From NCBI GenBank assembly GCA_963664375.1, contig OY761449.1, forward strand, positions 2,845,695 through 2,909,694: a stretch of 64,000 bases of DNA, given 5' to 3'. Source of the stretch: Dehalococcoidia bacterium. GTDB taxonomy: Bacteria > Chloroflexota > Dehalococcoidia > Lucifugimonadales > UBA3495. Below the pieces are notes generated by a model. It did not search any database, was not told where the DNA came from, and saw only the letters and a program-made list of their open reading frames with translations. Numbering within the stretch: position 1 is the first letter of the stretch; the number at the start of each line of letters is the position of its first letter. Below are positions 18,937 through 28,329 of the stretch, piece by piece. The position numbers were made by a program, and so were the translations under genes.

Positions 18937-18965
18937 TTGACAATACCGGAGGGCGTGGCTAAAAT
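18937..18965 (+). promoter_or_regulatory. near-consensus promoter upstream of the DsbA-like gene
   Basis: TTGACA (18937-18942), 17 nt, then TAAAAT (18960-18965). AGGAGG follows at 19014-19019. Confidence 0.5.
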
Positions 18966-19022
18966 GCTGGCAAGGCGGCGGCCCCCGGCAGGGGCGAAGT
19001 TCCGCCAAAACCAGCAGGAGGC

Positions 19023-19655
19023 ATGAGGATGGCCGAGGCTGAGTTCACATCCTATTACGATTTCCGTTGACCCTTTGTCTACAATGCCAACATGTGGTTG
19101 GCAAAGGTTCGGGAGCTGACCGGGAATCCCATCGAGATTGACTGGCAGCCCTTCTCACTGGCCCAGGTGAACAATAAGGACGGCGACAACGTCTGGGAGA
19201 GGCCCGATGTCGTCAGCGGTAGCGACCCGGTCCTCCTGGCTCACCAGGCCGGATTGGCGATCAAGCGGCAGGGCAAGGAGGCGTTCGAGGCCTATTTCAT
19301 GGCTCTCCTCAAGGCTCGCCATGAGGACAAAGCCGACCTCAACGACCGCGCGGTGATTGATGCAGCCGGCGAAGCCGCAGGCATCGACATGGCACGTTTC
19401 CGCGAGGACATCGCCGACCCTACTTTGTTGGATGAACTGGCGGAAAGCCACACCAAGGCCGTCGACGAGTACGGCGCCTTTGGCGTTCCCACGTTCGTGT
19501 TCGACAACGGGAACTTCGCCTTCCTCAAGATGTTCATCCCGCCCGAAGAGCAGTCGGTCGAGATTTACGACAACCTCATGAAGTCCATGAGCGAGTACGT
19601 CCACGTTGGCGAATTCAAGCGCCCGCAGCCCCCGTGGCCGCATGGGGTCATCTAG
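19023..19655 (+). CDS. DsbA-like thioredoxin-fold protein with an in-frame TGA (19068-19070) at the active-site Cys position (candidate selenoprotein)
   Basis: AGGAGG precedes ATG 19023. The reading MRMAEAEFTSYYDFR-TGA-PFVYNANMWLAK is in frame with the track ORF 19092..19655. D-F-R-[TGA]-P-F-V-Y matches the family D-x-x-C-P-x-x-Y motif. The cis-Pro loop FGVPTFVF is present, and total length is 210 codons. Confidence 0.7.
19072..19107 (+). promoter_or_regulatory. SECIS-like hairpin 3' of TGA 19068
   Basis: CCTTT (19072-76) pairs with AAAGG (19103-07) and GCCAAC (19086-91) pairs with GTTGGC (19097-102). The loop is AUGUG and there is a 9-nt 5' bulge. Confidence 0.5.
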
Positions 19656-20406
19656 GCTCCCCGCCAGCCCGGCCGCCGGTGGCCGGGCACGCAATTCCGC
19701 GTCTTTGCTGGGGTTCCAATTCAGGGACCCCAGTCTTCTTGACCATGCCTTAGTCCACCGCTCCTACTGCAACGAGCACGGACTGGAAGCGTCGGATTCC
19801 TACGAGCGGCTGGAGTTCCTTGGAGACGCGGTAATCGAGCTGGTGATTTCCGAGCTGCTCTACCGGCAATTCCCCGATGCGGACGAGGGCCAGCTCACAA
19901 AGGCGCGGTCTTCGCTGGTCAAGGGAAAAGTCCTGGCGGGAGTGGCCCGCAGGCTGGGTCTGGGCGAAATGCTGAAAGTCGGCCACGGCGTCGAGGAGTC
20001 GGGCGGCAGGGAGCAGGACTCGGTGCTGGCCGCGACGTTTGAGGCCGTGATTGCCGCCGTCTACCTCGACCAGGGTCTCACGGCGGCCCGGGAATTCGTG
20101 TGCCGGAACATGGCCCCGGAACTGACAGACATATCCAGGCTGGGCGCGCCGCCCGAAAACCCCAAGTCCCGGCTCCAGGAACTCTTGCAGGGGCAGGGAT
20201 TGCCTACCCCGGCGTACAGGCCAGCGGGACGCGAGGGGCCTGATCACAGCCCCGTTTTCAGGGTGGAGGCGGTCGTCGGCGACCGGGTAATCGGCCATGG
20301 TCAAGGCGGCAGAAAGGCGGACGCCGAGAAAGCCGCTGCGGAAGATGCGCTGGAGTTGCTCCAGACCGACGAATTTCTGAGGGAGTCCGATACCGAGGGC
20401 GCCTAG
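19642..20406 (+). CDS. rnc: ribonuclease III
   Basis: LLDHALVHRSY...ERLEFLGDAVIELVISE is the RNase III signature, and a C-terminal dsRBD is present. The start is uncertain (ATG 19606 or 19642). Confidence 0.85.
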   Translation: MGSSRLPASPAAGGRARNSASLLGFQFRDPSLLDHALVHRSYCNEHGLEASDSYERLEFLGDAVIELVISELLYRQFPDADEGQLTKARSSLVKGKVLAGVARRLGLGEMLKVGHGVEESGGREQDSVLAATFEAVIAAVYLDQGLTAAREFVCRNMAPELTDISRLGAPPENPKSRLQELLQGQGLPTPAYRPAGREGPDHSPVFRVEAVVGDRVIGHGQGGRKADAEKAAAEDALELLQTDEFLRESDTEGA

Positions 20407-20484
20407 ACGGACATCGCCGGATGTCGTAGCCGCATACGAACCTCCCGCGGCAAAAGGATCCAATTACGCCTGACAGCTTTACTT

Positions 20485-20584
20485 GCGTCATTCCGGCGAA
20501 AGCCGGCATCCAGAGTAGCTCAATCCCGTAGAATGATTTGGACACGGAAACCCCTGGATTCCGGCTTTCGCCGGAATGACGGGG
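20485..20584. repeat. paired-hairpin element
   Basis: gcgtcattccggcgaaagccggcatccaga ... ctggattccggctttcgccggaatgacggg. Confidence 0.85.
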
Positions 20585-20618
20585 GCAATTTTGCGACACG
20601 CCCTAGGCAAATACAGCC

Positions 20619-21572
20619 ATGCTGAGACTCTTTCGACGCAACCGACAGGACGAAAAAAAGGCCACCGAACGGGCGGTCAAACCCAGCCGCGAGCGCTGGT
20701 TCGGCCGCATCGTTGGCCTGCTGCGTTCGCCGCGCCTCGATGACGCAGTCTGGGACGAAATCGAGGAGATACTCATTTCGTCTGACGTGGGCGTGGAGAC
20801 ATCCCTTAGAATCATTGAGCGTCTCAAGGAACAGGTCAGATCCGGGGAGTTGGATTCTCCGGAGGCGGTCACCGAATCGTTGAAACAAGCCCTGACCAGC
20901 GACCTTACGGCGGATTTCGAGGAATTTCTGCCCGGCGACGATGGCGCGGCGAAACCCTACGTAATCCTGATGGTCGGCGTGAACGGGGTTGGCAAGACCA
21001 CCAGCATCGGAAAGCTGGCCCACCATTTCACCGAGTCCGGCAGGAAAGTCGTAATCGGAGCCGCCGACACCTTCCGCGCCGCGGCCGCCGAGCAACTGGA
21101 AATCCTGGGCGACCGCGTGGGCGTTGACGTCATCCGCCACGCCGCTGGCGCCGACCCCGGGGCCGTCGCCTACGATGCCTTCCAGGCCAGCAAGGCCCGC
21201 GGGGCGGACATCCTGATTATCGACACCGCCGGGCGGCTCCACACCAAGTCGAACCTGATGGAGGAACTGCGCAAGATTCACCGGGTGTTGCAGCGGCAGG
21301 ACGCAACCGCTCCCCACGAGGTGATTCTCACGCTGGACGCAACGACCGGCCACAACGGGCTGGCCCAAGCCAAGTCTTTCCGCGAAGCGGTGGACTGCAC
21401 CGGCATTTTCCTCGCCAAGCTGGACGGCACCGCAAGGGGCGGCATTGTCCTCGCAATCCGACAAGAGTTGCAGGTGCCCATTCTGTTTATCGGCACCGGC
21501 GAGGGCATGGCCGACTTTGCTCCATTCGATGCCGACGATTTCGTGGATGCCCTGCTTGAGCCGGTTTCCTGA
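20619..21572 (+). CDS. ftsY: signal recognition particle receptor
   Basis: 317 aa: [39 protein letters not shown]. Confidence 0.9.
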   Translation: MLRLFRRNRQDEKKATERAVKPSRERWFGRIVGLLRSPRLDDAVWDEIEEILISSDVGVETSLRIIERLKEQVRSGELDSPEAVTESLKQALTSDLTADFEEFLPGDDGAAKPYVILMVGVNGVGKTTSIGKLAHHFTESGRKVVIGAADTFRAAAAEQLEILGDRVGVDVIRHAAGADPGAVAYDAFQASKARGADILIIDTAGRLHTKSNLMEELRKIHRVLQRQDATAPHEVILTLDATTGHNGLAQAKSFREAVDCTGIFLAKLDGTARGGIVLAIRQELQVPILFIGTGEGMADFAPFDADDFVDALLEPVS

Positions 21573-21615
21573 CCGGCTTTTCCCCCGCAATTTGTTCCGC
21601 CCTGTCAGGTGACCG

Positions 21616-24000
21616 ATGGCCGACGCTGTACTGTGGTTCCTGACAATTCAGTTGCTGGGCGTGGCGGCGCTCCCTTGGGTCTTCCGGCTCTTCCGGTTCC
21701 TTCCCGACCGCGGCGTGACGCTGGCCAAACCCGCGTCCGTGCTGGTCATCTCCTACCTGGTCTGGGTGTTCGGGCTGGCCCGGCTGCTGCCCAACACGGC
21801 GCTCACCATCTGGATCATCGTCCTCTGCATAATTGTCGCGTCCATGTGGCTGGCCGGGCGCCAATGGGGAGAACTGCGGGAATTCCTCCGTCAACGATGG
21901 CAGTTGATGCTGGCCGGGGAGTTGGTGTTCCTGCTGATGTTCGTGGCCTGGGCATTGGTGGTTTCCGGTTCGCCGGGAATCACCCATACCGAGAAGCCCA
22001 TGGACTTCATGCTGCTGAACGCCGCCCACCAAGCGCGGTATTTCCCGGCGGAGGACGCCTGGCTTTCCGGCCACTCCATCAGCTACTACTACTTCGGCCA
22101 CATCATCGTCGCCACCCTCTCCAAGATGAGCGGCGTAGTGACTTCGGTCGGCTACAACCTGGGCGTCGCCACTGTCCCGGCACTGGCGGGAGCCGTTGCC
22201 TTCGGCCTGCTCTACAACCTGGTTCGGCTGGCGGGGGGCGGCATGCGCTGGGCGCTGGGACTGGGAGCGTCCGCGCCTGCGGTCATCCTGCTGGCGGGAA
22301 ACCTGGCCGGAGCGCTGGAATTCGTGCGCATCCGCGGCTGGGGCGGCGCCGGGTTCTGGGATTGGGCCAGCATCCAGGGGATGGCGGCGCAGGCCGCCGA
22401 GAGCGGCGTGTTTCCCGGAGAGTTCTGGTGGTGGTTCCGCAGCACGCGAATTATCAACACCACTTCCTCGGACGGCGCAACTCTCGACTACACCATCACC
22501 GAATTTCCCGCGTTCAGCTTCCTGCTGGGAGACCTGCACGCCCACGTAATTGCGATCCCGTTCCTGCTGCTGGCCGTCGCAGCCGCCCTGAACGTCTACT
22601 GCTCCGGCGACCGGCTGGAGCTTGCCTGGCTGCGGCGGAACCCGGCGCAGACCGTCTCGGTGGCCCTGGCAGGCGGGGCGCTGGCCTTCATCAACTTCTG
22701 GGATTTTGCCACGTTCATGGCGCTGTTCGCTGCGGCGCTGACGCTCAAGGGATGCCGGGACTACCCCGGTTCTCTGCTCCACGCGGTCAATGGGGCGGCG
22801 TCGGTGTTCCTCCCCTTGTTCCTGCTGGCCATCGTCATGTTCGGGCCGGTGTACTTTTCCTTCAGCGGCCAAACCGACGGGGTGCTGCCCCTGCGGGATG
22901 TAGCCACCAATCCCTTCCACCTGTTCATAGTGTTGGGGCTGTTTATCCTGCCCTGCCTGGCGCTGCTGGCGCAAAAGCTGGGCGGCATCCGCAGGCCGGA
23001 AGGGCCGGACGCTCCCGTGGCGGTGGTGGCCCTGGTGATCGCGGCAACACCCTTCGGGATCTGGATGGCAACTGCGTTCCTGTTCACCATGGTTGCCGAC
23101 GGCGCAGGCGCAGCCCTGGACGATCTGGGCCGCCGCATGGCCCTGGCGTTGCCCGGAGCCATCGTCGTCGGCCTTGGGGCCTACGCGGCTGCTGGCCGGG
23201 CAAGGGGCAACGATGGAGTTGCCATATCCTTCGTGTTGTTGCTCATGGCCCTTGGGTTCTTCCTGGTGATGGTTGCCGACCTCTTCCACATAGTGGACGC
23301 CTTCAGCGGCCCATGGCGGCGGATGAACACCGTTTTCAAGGTCTACTACCAGGCCTGGCTGCTACTCGGGATAGCGGGAACTTTCGCCGTATACGCCCTG
23401 TGGTCAAGCAAGGCGCAGGCCGGGGATACTCGACGCTGGACATCGTTGGCGGCTATGGCCGGAAAATGGGGAGGAGCCGGATTCCTTGCCTTTCTGCTGG
23501 CGGCCTCGTTCTATTACACTCTTGGGGCCGCGCTGGACCGGAGCGGCACACCCTACGAAGGCCGCACCCTCGACGGTCTCGCCTACCTGAAACTGGAGGA
23601 TCCGGCGGAGCATGCCGCCATCGCCTGGCTGCGAGACGACGCGCCGCCGGGCCGGATCTTGGAGGCCGTCGGCGACGATTACAGCAGGTTCGGCAACGTG
23701 TCGGCCAGCACCGGGCTGCCGACCGTGCTGGGCTGGGTCGGCCACGAGCTCCAGTGGCGGGGATCGTCGGAACCCTTCGCTGGCCGGGCCGAGGATGTAT
23801 CAGCCATCTACACGTCCCAAGACCCGGGAGAAGTCCGGCGGTTGCTGGAAAAGTACCAGGTGCGCTACGTTTACCTTGGAAAGAGAGAGCAGGAGAAATA
23901 TGGCGTATCCTCGCTGGAGAATTTCAAGGACTTTCTCAAATCCGTCTTTCAGCAGGATGACGTAGTAGTCTACGAATTTTCGACCATTGCCGAGCCATGA
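21616..24000 (+). CDS. DUF2298 / TIGR03662 'Chlor_Arch_YYY' polytopic membrane protein
   Basis: 794 aa and highly hydrophobic. It carries the diagnostic GHSISYYYFGH motif. Confidence 0.75.
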   Translation: MADAVLWFLTIQLLGVAALPWVFRLFRFLPDRGVTLAKPASVLVISYLVWVFGLARLLPNTALTIWIIVLCIIVASMWLAGRQWGELREFLRQRWQLMLAGELVFLLMFVAWALVVSGSPGITHTEKPMDFMLLNAAHQARYFPAEDAWLSGHSISYYYFGHIIVATLSKMSGVVTSVGYNLGVATVPALAGAVAFGLLYNLVRLAGGGMRWALGLGASAPAVILLAGNLAGALEFVRIRGWGGAGFWDWASIQGMAAQAAESGVFPGEFWWWFRSTRIINTTSSDGATLDYTITEFPAFSFLLGDLHAHVIAIPFLLLAVAAALNVYCSGDRLELAWLRRNPAQTVSVALAGGALAFINFWDFATFMALFAAALTLKGCRDYPGSLLHAVNGAASVFLPLFLLAIVMFGPVYFSFSGQTDGVLPLRDVATNPFHLFIVLGLFILPCLALLAQKLGGIRRPEGPDAPVAVVALVIAATPFGIWMATAFLFTMVADGAGAALDDLGRRMALALPGAIVVGLGAYAAAGRARGNDGVAISFVLLLMALGFFLVMVADLFHIVDAFSGPWRRMNTVFKVYYQAWLLLGIAGTFAVYALWSSKAQAGDTRRWTSLAAMAGKWGGAGFLAFLLAASFYYTLGAALDRSGTPYEGRTLDGLAYLKLEDPAEHAAIAWLRDDAPPGRILEAVGDDYSRFGNVSASTGLPTVLGWVGHELQWRGSSEPFAGRAEDVSAIYTSQDPGEVRRLLEKYQVRYVYLGKREQEKYGVSSLENFKDFLKSVFQQDDVVVYEFSTIAEP

Positions 24001-26834
24001 CGCAATCTGACGCCGAACAAGCCGGGGCGACCTCCGCATCGCTCGCCGACGGGCCGCTGGAAACAGCGGACGATCCCGGTGATCTATTGCCCCAAGAAAC
24101 CGCGTCCGGAGGGGACGGGGGAGAGTCCCCGGAACTCCCTGCGGGTGAGACTGGGGCCAGCGCGCCCACCCGCCGCTGGGGCTGGTACGAGCTGGCCTTC
24201 GCCGCAGTGGTCGTTGCCGCCCTTGGCCTGCGGCTGTTCGAGCTCAGCGGCCGGACGATGCACTACGACGAGGCCATCCACCTGCACTACGCCTGGAGGT
24301 TGGCGAACAGCGCCGGTTCGGTCCTGGGCTGGCCGTGGATTTTCGGCACCGACTACGTGCATTCGGCGTGGATGCATGGCCCTTTCCAGATCGAGATGAC
24401 CGCGTTCATCCTCAAGGTATTCGGCGACACGGATTTCACCGCCCGCCTTGGGTACACGCTATTCGGCACGGCGCTGATAGCGCTGCCCTGGTTCCTGCGC
24501 AATCACATCGGCAGGCAGGGCGCAATCCTGGCAGCCGTGATGCTGGCGCTGTCTCCGGTGCTTCTGTATTTCAGCCGCTTTGGACGCAACGACATCATCA
24601 TGATGTTCTGGGCCGTTGCGCTGTTCACCCTGATGTGGCGCTACCTGCACGACGGTCGGCGGCTGCACCTTTATCTTGCATCCGCAGTCCTGGCCCTCAT
24701 GTTCGCCAGCAAGGAAACGGCCTACCTGCTGGTAGCCATTTTCGGGTTCATCGCGTTCGTGGCGGCCGTTCCTTACGTCCTGCCCTGGCTGAGGCGGAGT
24801 GAATCCCTTAACCGCGAAGGGACGCCGGTAGCGGTGTTCCTGCTGCTGTTCACGCTCACTATCCCGCAATGGTCGGCGCTGATCGGCATGTTTCAGGGGC
24901 TTTTCGGCCTGACGCTGGCCAACCCGGACCCTCTCACCGGGAACAACGTGGCGAATTTCGATGGATCGGCGGGCATGACCGGCGCACCAGCGTGGCAGGG
25001 CAGCGTCCTACCGCTTCCCGTAGTGGACATGCCCTGGATACTCCACGGCGCGTTCGCGGTTGCGGGTCTGGCCGTGCTTTTCTGGCTGGTCAGCCGTGGC
25101 CCGCTGAACTACGCGAGGGTTGTCGGCCTCGTCGGTACTCCGGTGATGAGCACCTTCGCCTTTGCCTGGATAATGTTCCGTCCCTACTCTGGAGTCGATC
25201 CTGACAGCGCGGCCCTGCTGGCCGCCGACTGGGTGATTTTCTGCGTCTCGCTGGCGGTCGCGGCGGGCTTCATATTCTGGAGCCGGTTTCCTGCTGGCAG
25301 GTCGGCCCTGCTGGTTGTCCTGCCGGCCGCGGCCATAACCGTCTACTCCCTGCTGTTCACGCCGGTGCTGAACGTTCCGGGGCTGGTCGACGCGGTTCTC
25401 CCCAGCGGGGTGTCGGCCAGCGGAACGGACACGGGTATGCCGGTCAACTACGTGGTCGCCGCGGCCACCCTGCTGGCTGCGCTGGGCGGTTCGGCGGCCC
25501 TGGGCATCTGGTGGCTGGGCAGGCATTGGCTCATCTGCGCGGCCATTTTCTACGTCATCTGGACTGCCCTGTACACCACCATGTTCACCAACCTGTCCGG
25601 CATTTTCACCGGATTCTGGCAGGGCATGGGGTATTGGATCGCCCAGCAGGACGTGGCCCGCGGCAACCAGCCCTGGTACTACTATTTTGTCGGGATGTCG
25701 GTCTACGAAATACTGCCTTTGGCATTCGGCGTTGTGGGCGTCGTGTATTTCTTGCGGCGCCGGGATACGCTGGGGCTGGCACTGGCCCTCTGGGCCGTCC
25801 TGTCGCTGGCGGCCTACACCGTGGCGACGGAGAAAATGCCCTGGCTGGTGGTGAACATCACCACCCCGTTCATACTCGTCGCCGCCAAATACCTGGGCGA
25901 GATGCTGGAACGGCTGGATTTGCCGTCGATATTGGCGCGGCCAGCACGGGCCTTGAAAGGCGCGCCGCCGTCTGTACCGAGCACCGGCGGCGCTGTGGAA
26001 ATCGGAACGCTGTCGGTGTTCATAACTGTCCCCATGATTGTCCTGATGACCGTATACCTGTTCCTGCAATTGGTCGACCCGGCGCGGCCCTTTGGCTTGG
26101 AACACTGGCTGCTGGCGGCGTCCGCTCTGGCGGCGGCCTTTGTGGCGGCGTTCATTTTTCGCCTGACGGGAAAGGCGAAAGCCGCCCCGGCGGCGGTTCT
26201 GGGGCTGGCGGCCCTGCTGCTGGTGTTCGGCGCAGTGGGCGCGTTCCGGGCGGCCTACACCTACGACGACACCAACGTCGAGGTGATGGTGTACGCGCAA
26301 GGTTCCGCCGACATCAAGGAGACCTACCGGACGTTGGAACAGGAGGTATATCCGCTGGCGGAGGGCGCCCGTCCCGTTAAAGTGGACTACGACGTGTGGT
26401 ACCCGCTGCAATGGTACGTGCGGAAGCACGCGACGGACGGCAGGCTTAATTTCCAGTGCTTCGAGCTGACCTCGGATGAGAGGCCGGGCTGCGTCGTGAT
26501 TCCTGAAAGCCAGCAGGAGGACGGCTCTCTTTCCTTCGGGAACGCCGGTGCCCTGGTGGTCAAGAGCGGGCACGTCGGCGACGATGCCGCAGTGCGGGAG
26601 CAATACCGGAGGCAAGGCCCGTTCAAGGAGCTCCTCTGGTTCCCGGAGTCGTATCGCAGGCCCGACGAAAACCGCGAAGACGAACCGATGCACACCCAAC
26701 TGGCCAAGGATTTCGGTTTCTTCCGGGACTCGGTCTCCAACAGGGAGAAATGGGCCGAGGCCCTCGATTACGTGATTTTCCGGGAGCTCGACACCCCCTG
26801 GTACAGCTCCGAATACTACGCCTACCTGCCTTGA
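23997..26834 (+). CDS. TIGR03663-type polytopic membrane protein (PMT/ArnT-like N-terminus)
   Basis: 945 aa. It has the family-invariant DE (MHYDEAIHL) and HGP (WMHGPF). An ATGA overlap links it to the upstream gene. Confidence 0.7.
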   Translation: MTQSDAEQAGATSASLADGPLETADDPGDLLPQETASGGDGGESPELPAGETGASAPTRRWGWYELAFAAVVVAALGLRLFELSGRTMHYDEAIHLHYAWRLANSAGSVLGWPWIFGTDYVHSAWMHGPFQIEMTAFILKVFGDTDFTARLGYTLFGTALIALPWFLRNHIGRQGAILAAVMLALSPVLLYFSRFGRNDIIMMFWAVALFTLMWRYLHDGRRLHLYLASAVLALMFASKETAYLLVAIFGFIAFVAAVPYVLPWLRRSESLNREGTPVAVFLLLFTLTIPQWSALIGMFQGLFGLTLANPDPLTGNNVANFDGSAGMTGAPAWQGSVLPLPVVDMPWILHGAFAVAGLAVLFWLVSRGPLNYARVVGLVGTPVMSTFAFAWIMFRPYSGVDPDSAALLAADWVIFCVSLAVAAGFIFWSRFPAGRSALLVVLPAAAITVYSLLFTPVLNVPGLVDAVLPSGVSASGTDTGMPVNYVVAAATLLAALGGSAALGIWWLGRHWLICAAIFYVIWTALYTTMFTNLSGIFTGFWQGMGYWIAQQDVARGNQPWYYYFVGMSVYEILPLAFGVVGVVYFLRRRDTLGLALALWAVLSLAAYTVATEKMPWLVVNITTPFILVAAKYLGEMLERLDLPSILARPARALKGAPPSVPSTGGAVEIGTLSVFITVPMIVLMTVYLFLQLVDPARPFGLEHWLLAASALAAAFVAAFIFRLTGKAKAAPAAVLGLAALLLVFGAVGAFRAAYTYDDTNVEVMVYAQGSADIKETYRTLEQEVYPLAEGARPVKVDYDVWYPLQWYVRKHATDGRLNFQCFELTSDERPGCVVIPESQQEDGSLSFGNAGALVVKSGHVGDDAAVREQYRRQGPFKELLWFPESYRRPDENREDEPMHTQLAKDFGFFRDSVSNREKWAEALDYVIFRELDTPWYSSEYYAYLP

Positions 26835-26890
26835 GGCAAATAAGGTCAAGTCCTATACTGGAAGCGCGACGAATCGCGAAAGCGCAATAA

Positions 26891-26988
26891 CGAATAGAGC
26901 TTACGCAGTTGAGCAAAAATTCCCTCTCCCTTGAGGGAGAGGGTGAGGGTGAGGGTGAAACCCCAACTGCGTAACTCCTAAACGAATA
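26891..26988. mobile_element. MITE-like element B, copy 2 (shorter)
   Basis: cgaatagagcttacgcagttgagcaaaaat-REP-ccccaactgcgtaactcctaaacgaata. Confidence 0.65.
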
Positions 26989-27040
26989 CTGTATGAGCGC
27001 CGCGTCCCGGACTCGATACGGGTTGCAAGGTCTCTTAACC

Positions 27041-27080
27041 GTTCCCTCTCCCTCCGGGAGAGGGTCAGGGTGAGGGCGTC
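27041..27080 (+). repeat. REP-like unit
   Basis: gttccctctccctccgggagagggtcagggtgagggcgtc. Confidence 0.9.
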
Positions 27081-28329
27081 CCCTTACTCTCGCAGGAACG
27101 AAAGATGCCGCTTTGACGTTCACCTTGTCCGCAAAAGGCGATTGTCACACACCCTCCAAGAATCTGGTTTTCTAAATCTAACGGCACTCCCAAAGGCGTT
27201 TGAGCAGGAACATCCATTGATTACCGCCAAATGGCATCTGTGGCTGGGTATCGCTGTCAGCGTGGTAATGCTGCTATTCTTGGCCTGGCAGGTCTATCAG
27301 TTTGACGACCCATCGGGGCTGATCGACGAGCTGGCCGAGGCCAATTACATCTTCCTGATCCCGGCCGTAGCGGTCTATTTCGTCGGCGTCTGGTTCCGTG
27401 CCTTGCGCTGGCAATTCCTGTTGAACCCGCTGCGGTACTTCCCCGTGAAACGGCTCTATCCGGTGGTGGTCATCGGCTACACTGCCAACAACCTGCTGCC
27501 CATGCGGCTCGGCGAGTTGGTGCGCTCCTACTACCTGGCGCGGCAGGAAAACTTCAGCGCCAGCTCCGCCCTCGGTAGCGTTGCCGTCGAGCGGGTGTTC
27601 GACGGCCTGACCCTGATCGTACTGGTGGCCGTAACGGTGCCCTGGCTGCTACTGCTGGGAGCGTTTGACTGGACCGCCGGAGTATCGCAGGGAACCGCCG
27701 CGGTATTGGCGGGGGTCGTGCTGTTCGTGTTCGGCGGGTTCCTGCTGCTTTTCACCCTCCTGGCCGTGTGGCAGGGATTCTCCGACCTGGTGCAGCGGCT
27801 GCTTTCCATGCTGCCGGGCAGGCTCGGCGGTCTGGCGCTGCGTTTCTACATTTCATTCGCCGCGGCGCTGAGCATCCTGGACTCTCCGCGCAAGCACCTG
27901 GCATTGATCGCCCTCTCGCTGCCCATCTGGTTCTGTGAATTCATTGTCTACTACCTGGTCTCCTACACCTTCGATATAGGCTCTCACTTCGATTCGCAAG
28001 TGACGTACATTCTCGCAATCGCCCTGCTGACCGCCACGTCCAACCTGGCAACTGGCATACCCAGCGCCATCGGCGGCATCGGCCCCTTCGAGGTCGTCGC
28101 CCAGCAAACCCTGGTGGCCCTCGGCGTGGGCGTGGGTGTGGCCGTTGATTACGCCCTGGTGGTGCACCTGGTGGCATTGTGGCTGCCCGTGAACGCCGTG
28201 GGGCTGGCGATCCTCTGGAAGCAGAACTTGAACCTGCGGCAGCTGGTCCGTGACCCGACGCCGGAGGAAAGCGGGCCGGTTGCCGAGTCGCCTTCCGTGA
28301 ATTCATCCCCCGCGGGAGGAAGCTCATGA
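27070..28329 (+). CDS. UPF0104 / LPG-synthase-TM (flippase-like) membrane protein
   Basis: The pattern FRALRWQFLL...GYTANNLLPMRLGELVRSYYL fits the family. The first about 50 codons of the track ORF run through a REP unit, so the true start may be TTG 27217. Confidence 0.65.
   Translation: MRASPYSRRNERCRFDVHLVRKRRLSHTLQESGFLNLTALPKAFEQEHPLITAKWHLWLGIAVSVVMLLFLAWQVYQFDDPSGLIDELAEANYIFLIPAVAVYFVGVWFRALRWQFLLNPLRYFPVKRLYPVVVIGYTANNLLPMRLGELVRSYYLARQENFSASSALGSVAVERVFDGLTLIVLVAVTVPWLLLLGAFDWTAGVSQGTAAVLAGVVLFVFGGFLLLFTLLAVWQGFSDLVQRLLSMLPGRLGGLALRFYISFAAALSILDSPRKHLALIALSLPIWFCEFIVYYLVSYTFDIGSHFDSQVTYILAIALLTATSNLATGIPSAIGGIGPFEVVAQQTLVALGVGVGVAVDYALVVHLVALWLPVNAVGLAILWKQNLNLRQLVRDPTPEESGPVAESPSVNSSPAGGSS

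Noticed and set aside
19023-19655. The split DsbA-like, ArsC-like and UGSC genes could be pseudogenes created by nonsense mutations.
   Set aside because: It is unlikely that three independent nonsense mutations would each hit exactly the catalytic Cys codon. Each gene also keeps a strong RBS, an intact downstream frame and a hairpin at SECIS-like spacing. This cannot be fully excluded without homolog alignments and evidence of Sec machinery.
21487-23289. A 600-aa minus-strand ORF, plus similar long ORFs at 25008..26849 (-), 21609..23960 (+), 42203..43552 (+), 50562..52130 (+) and 52642..54063 (-).
   Set aside because: They lie antisense to, or in alternative frames of, genes with clear family signatures (YYY protein, TIGR03663, NuoF-like, MBL/apt, tuf). 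Their translations are low-complexity and rich in R/G/P/H/Q. This is typical of spurious stop-free frames in high-GC DNA.
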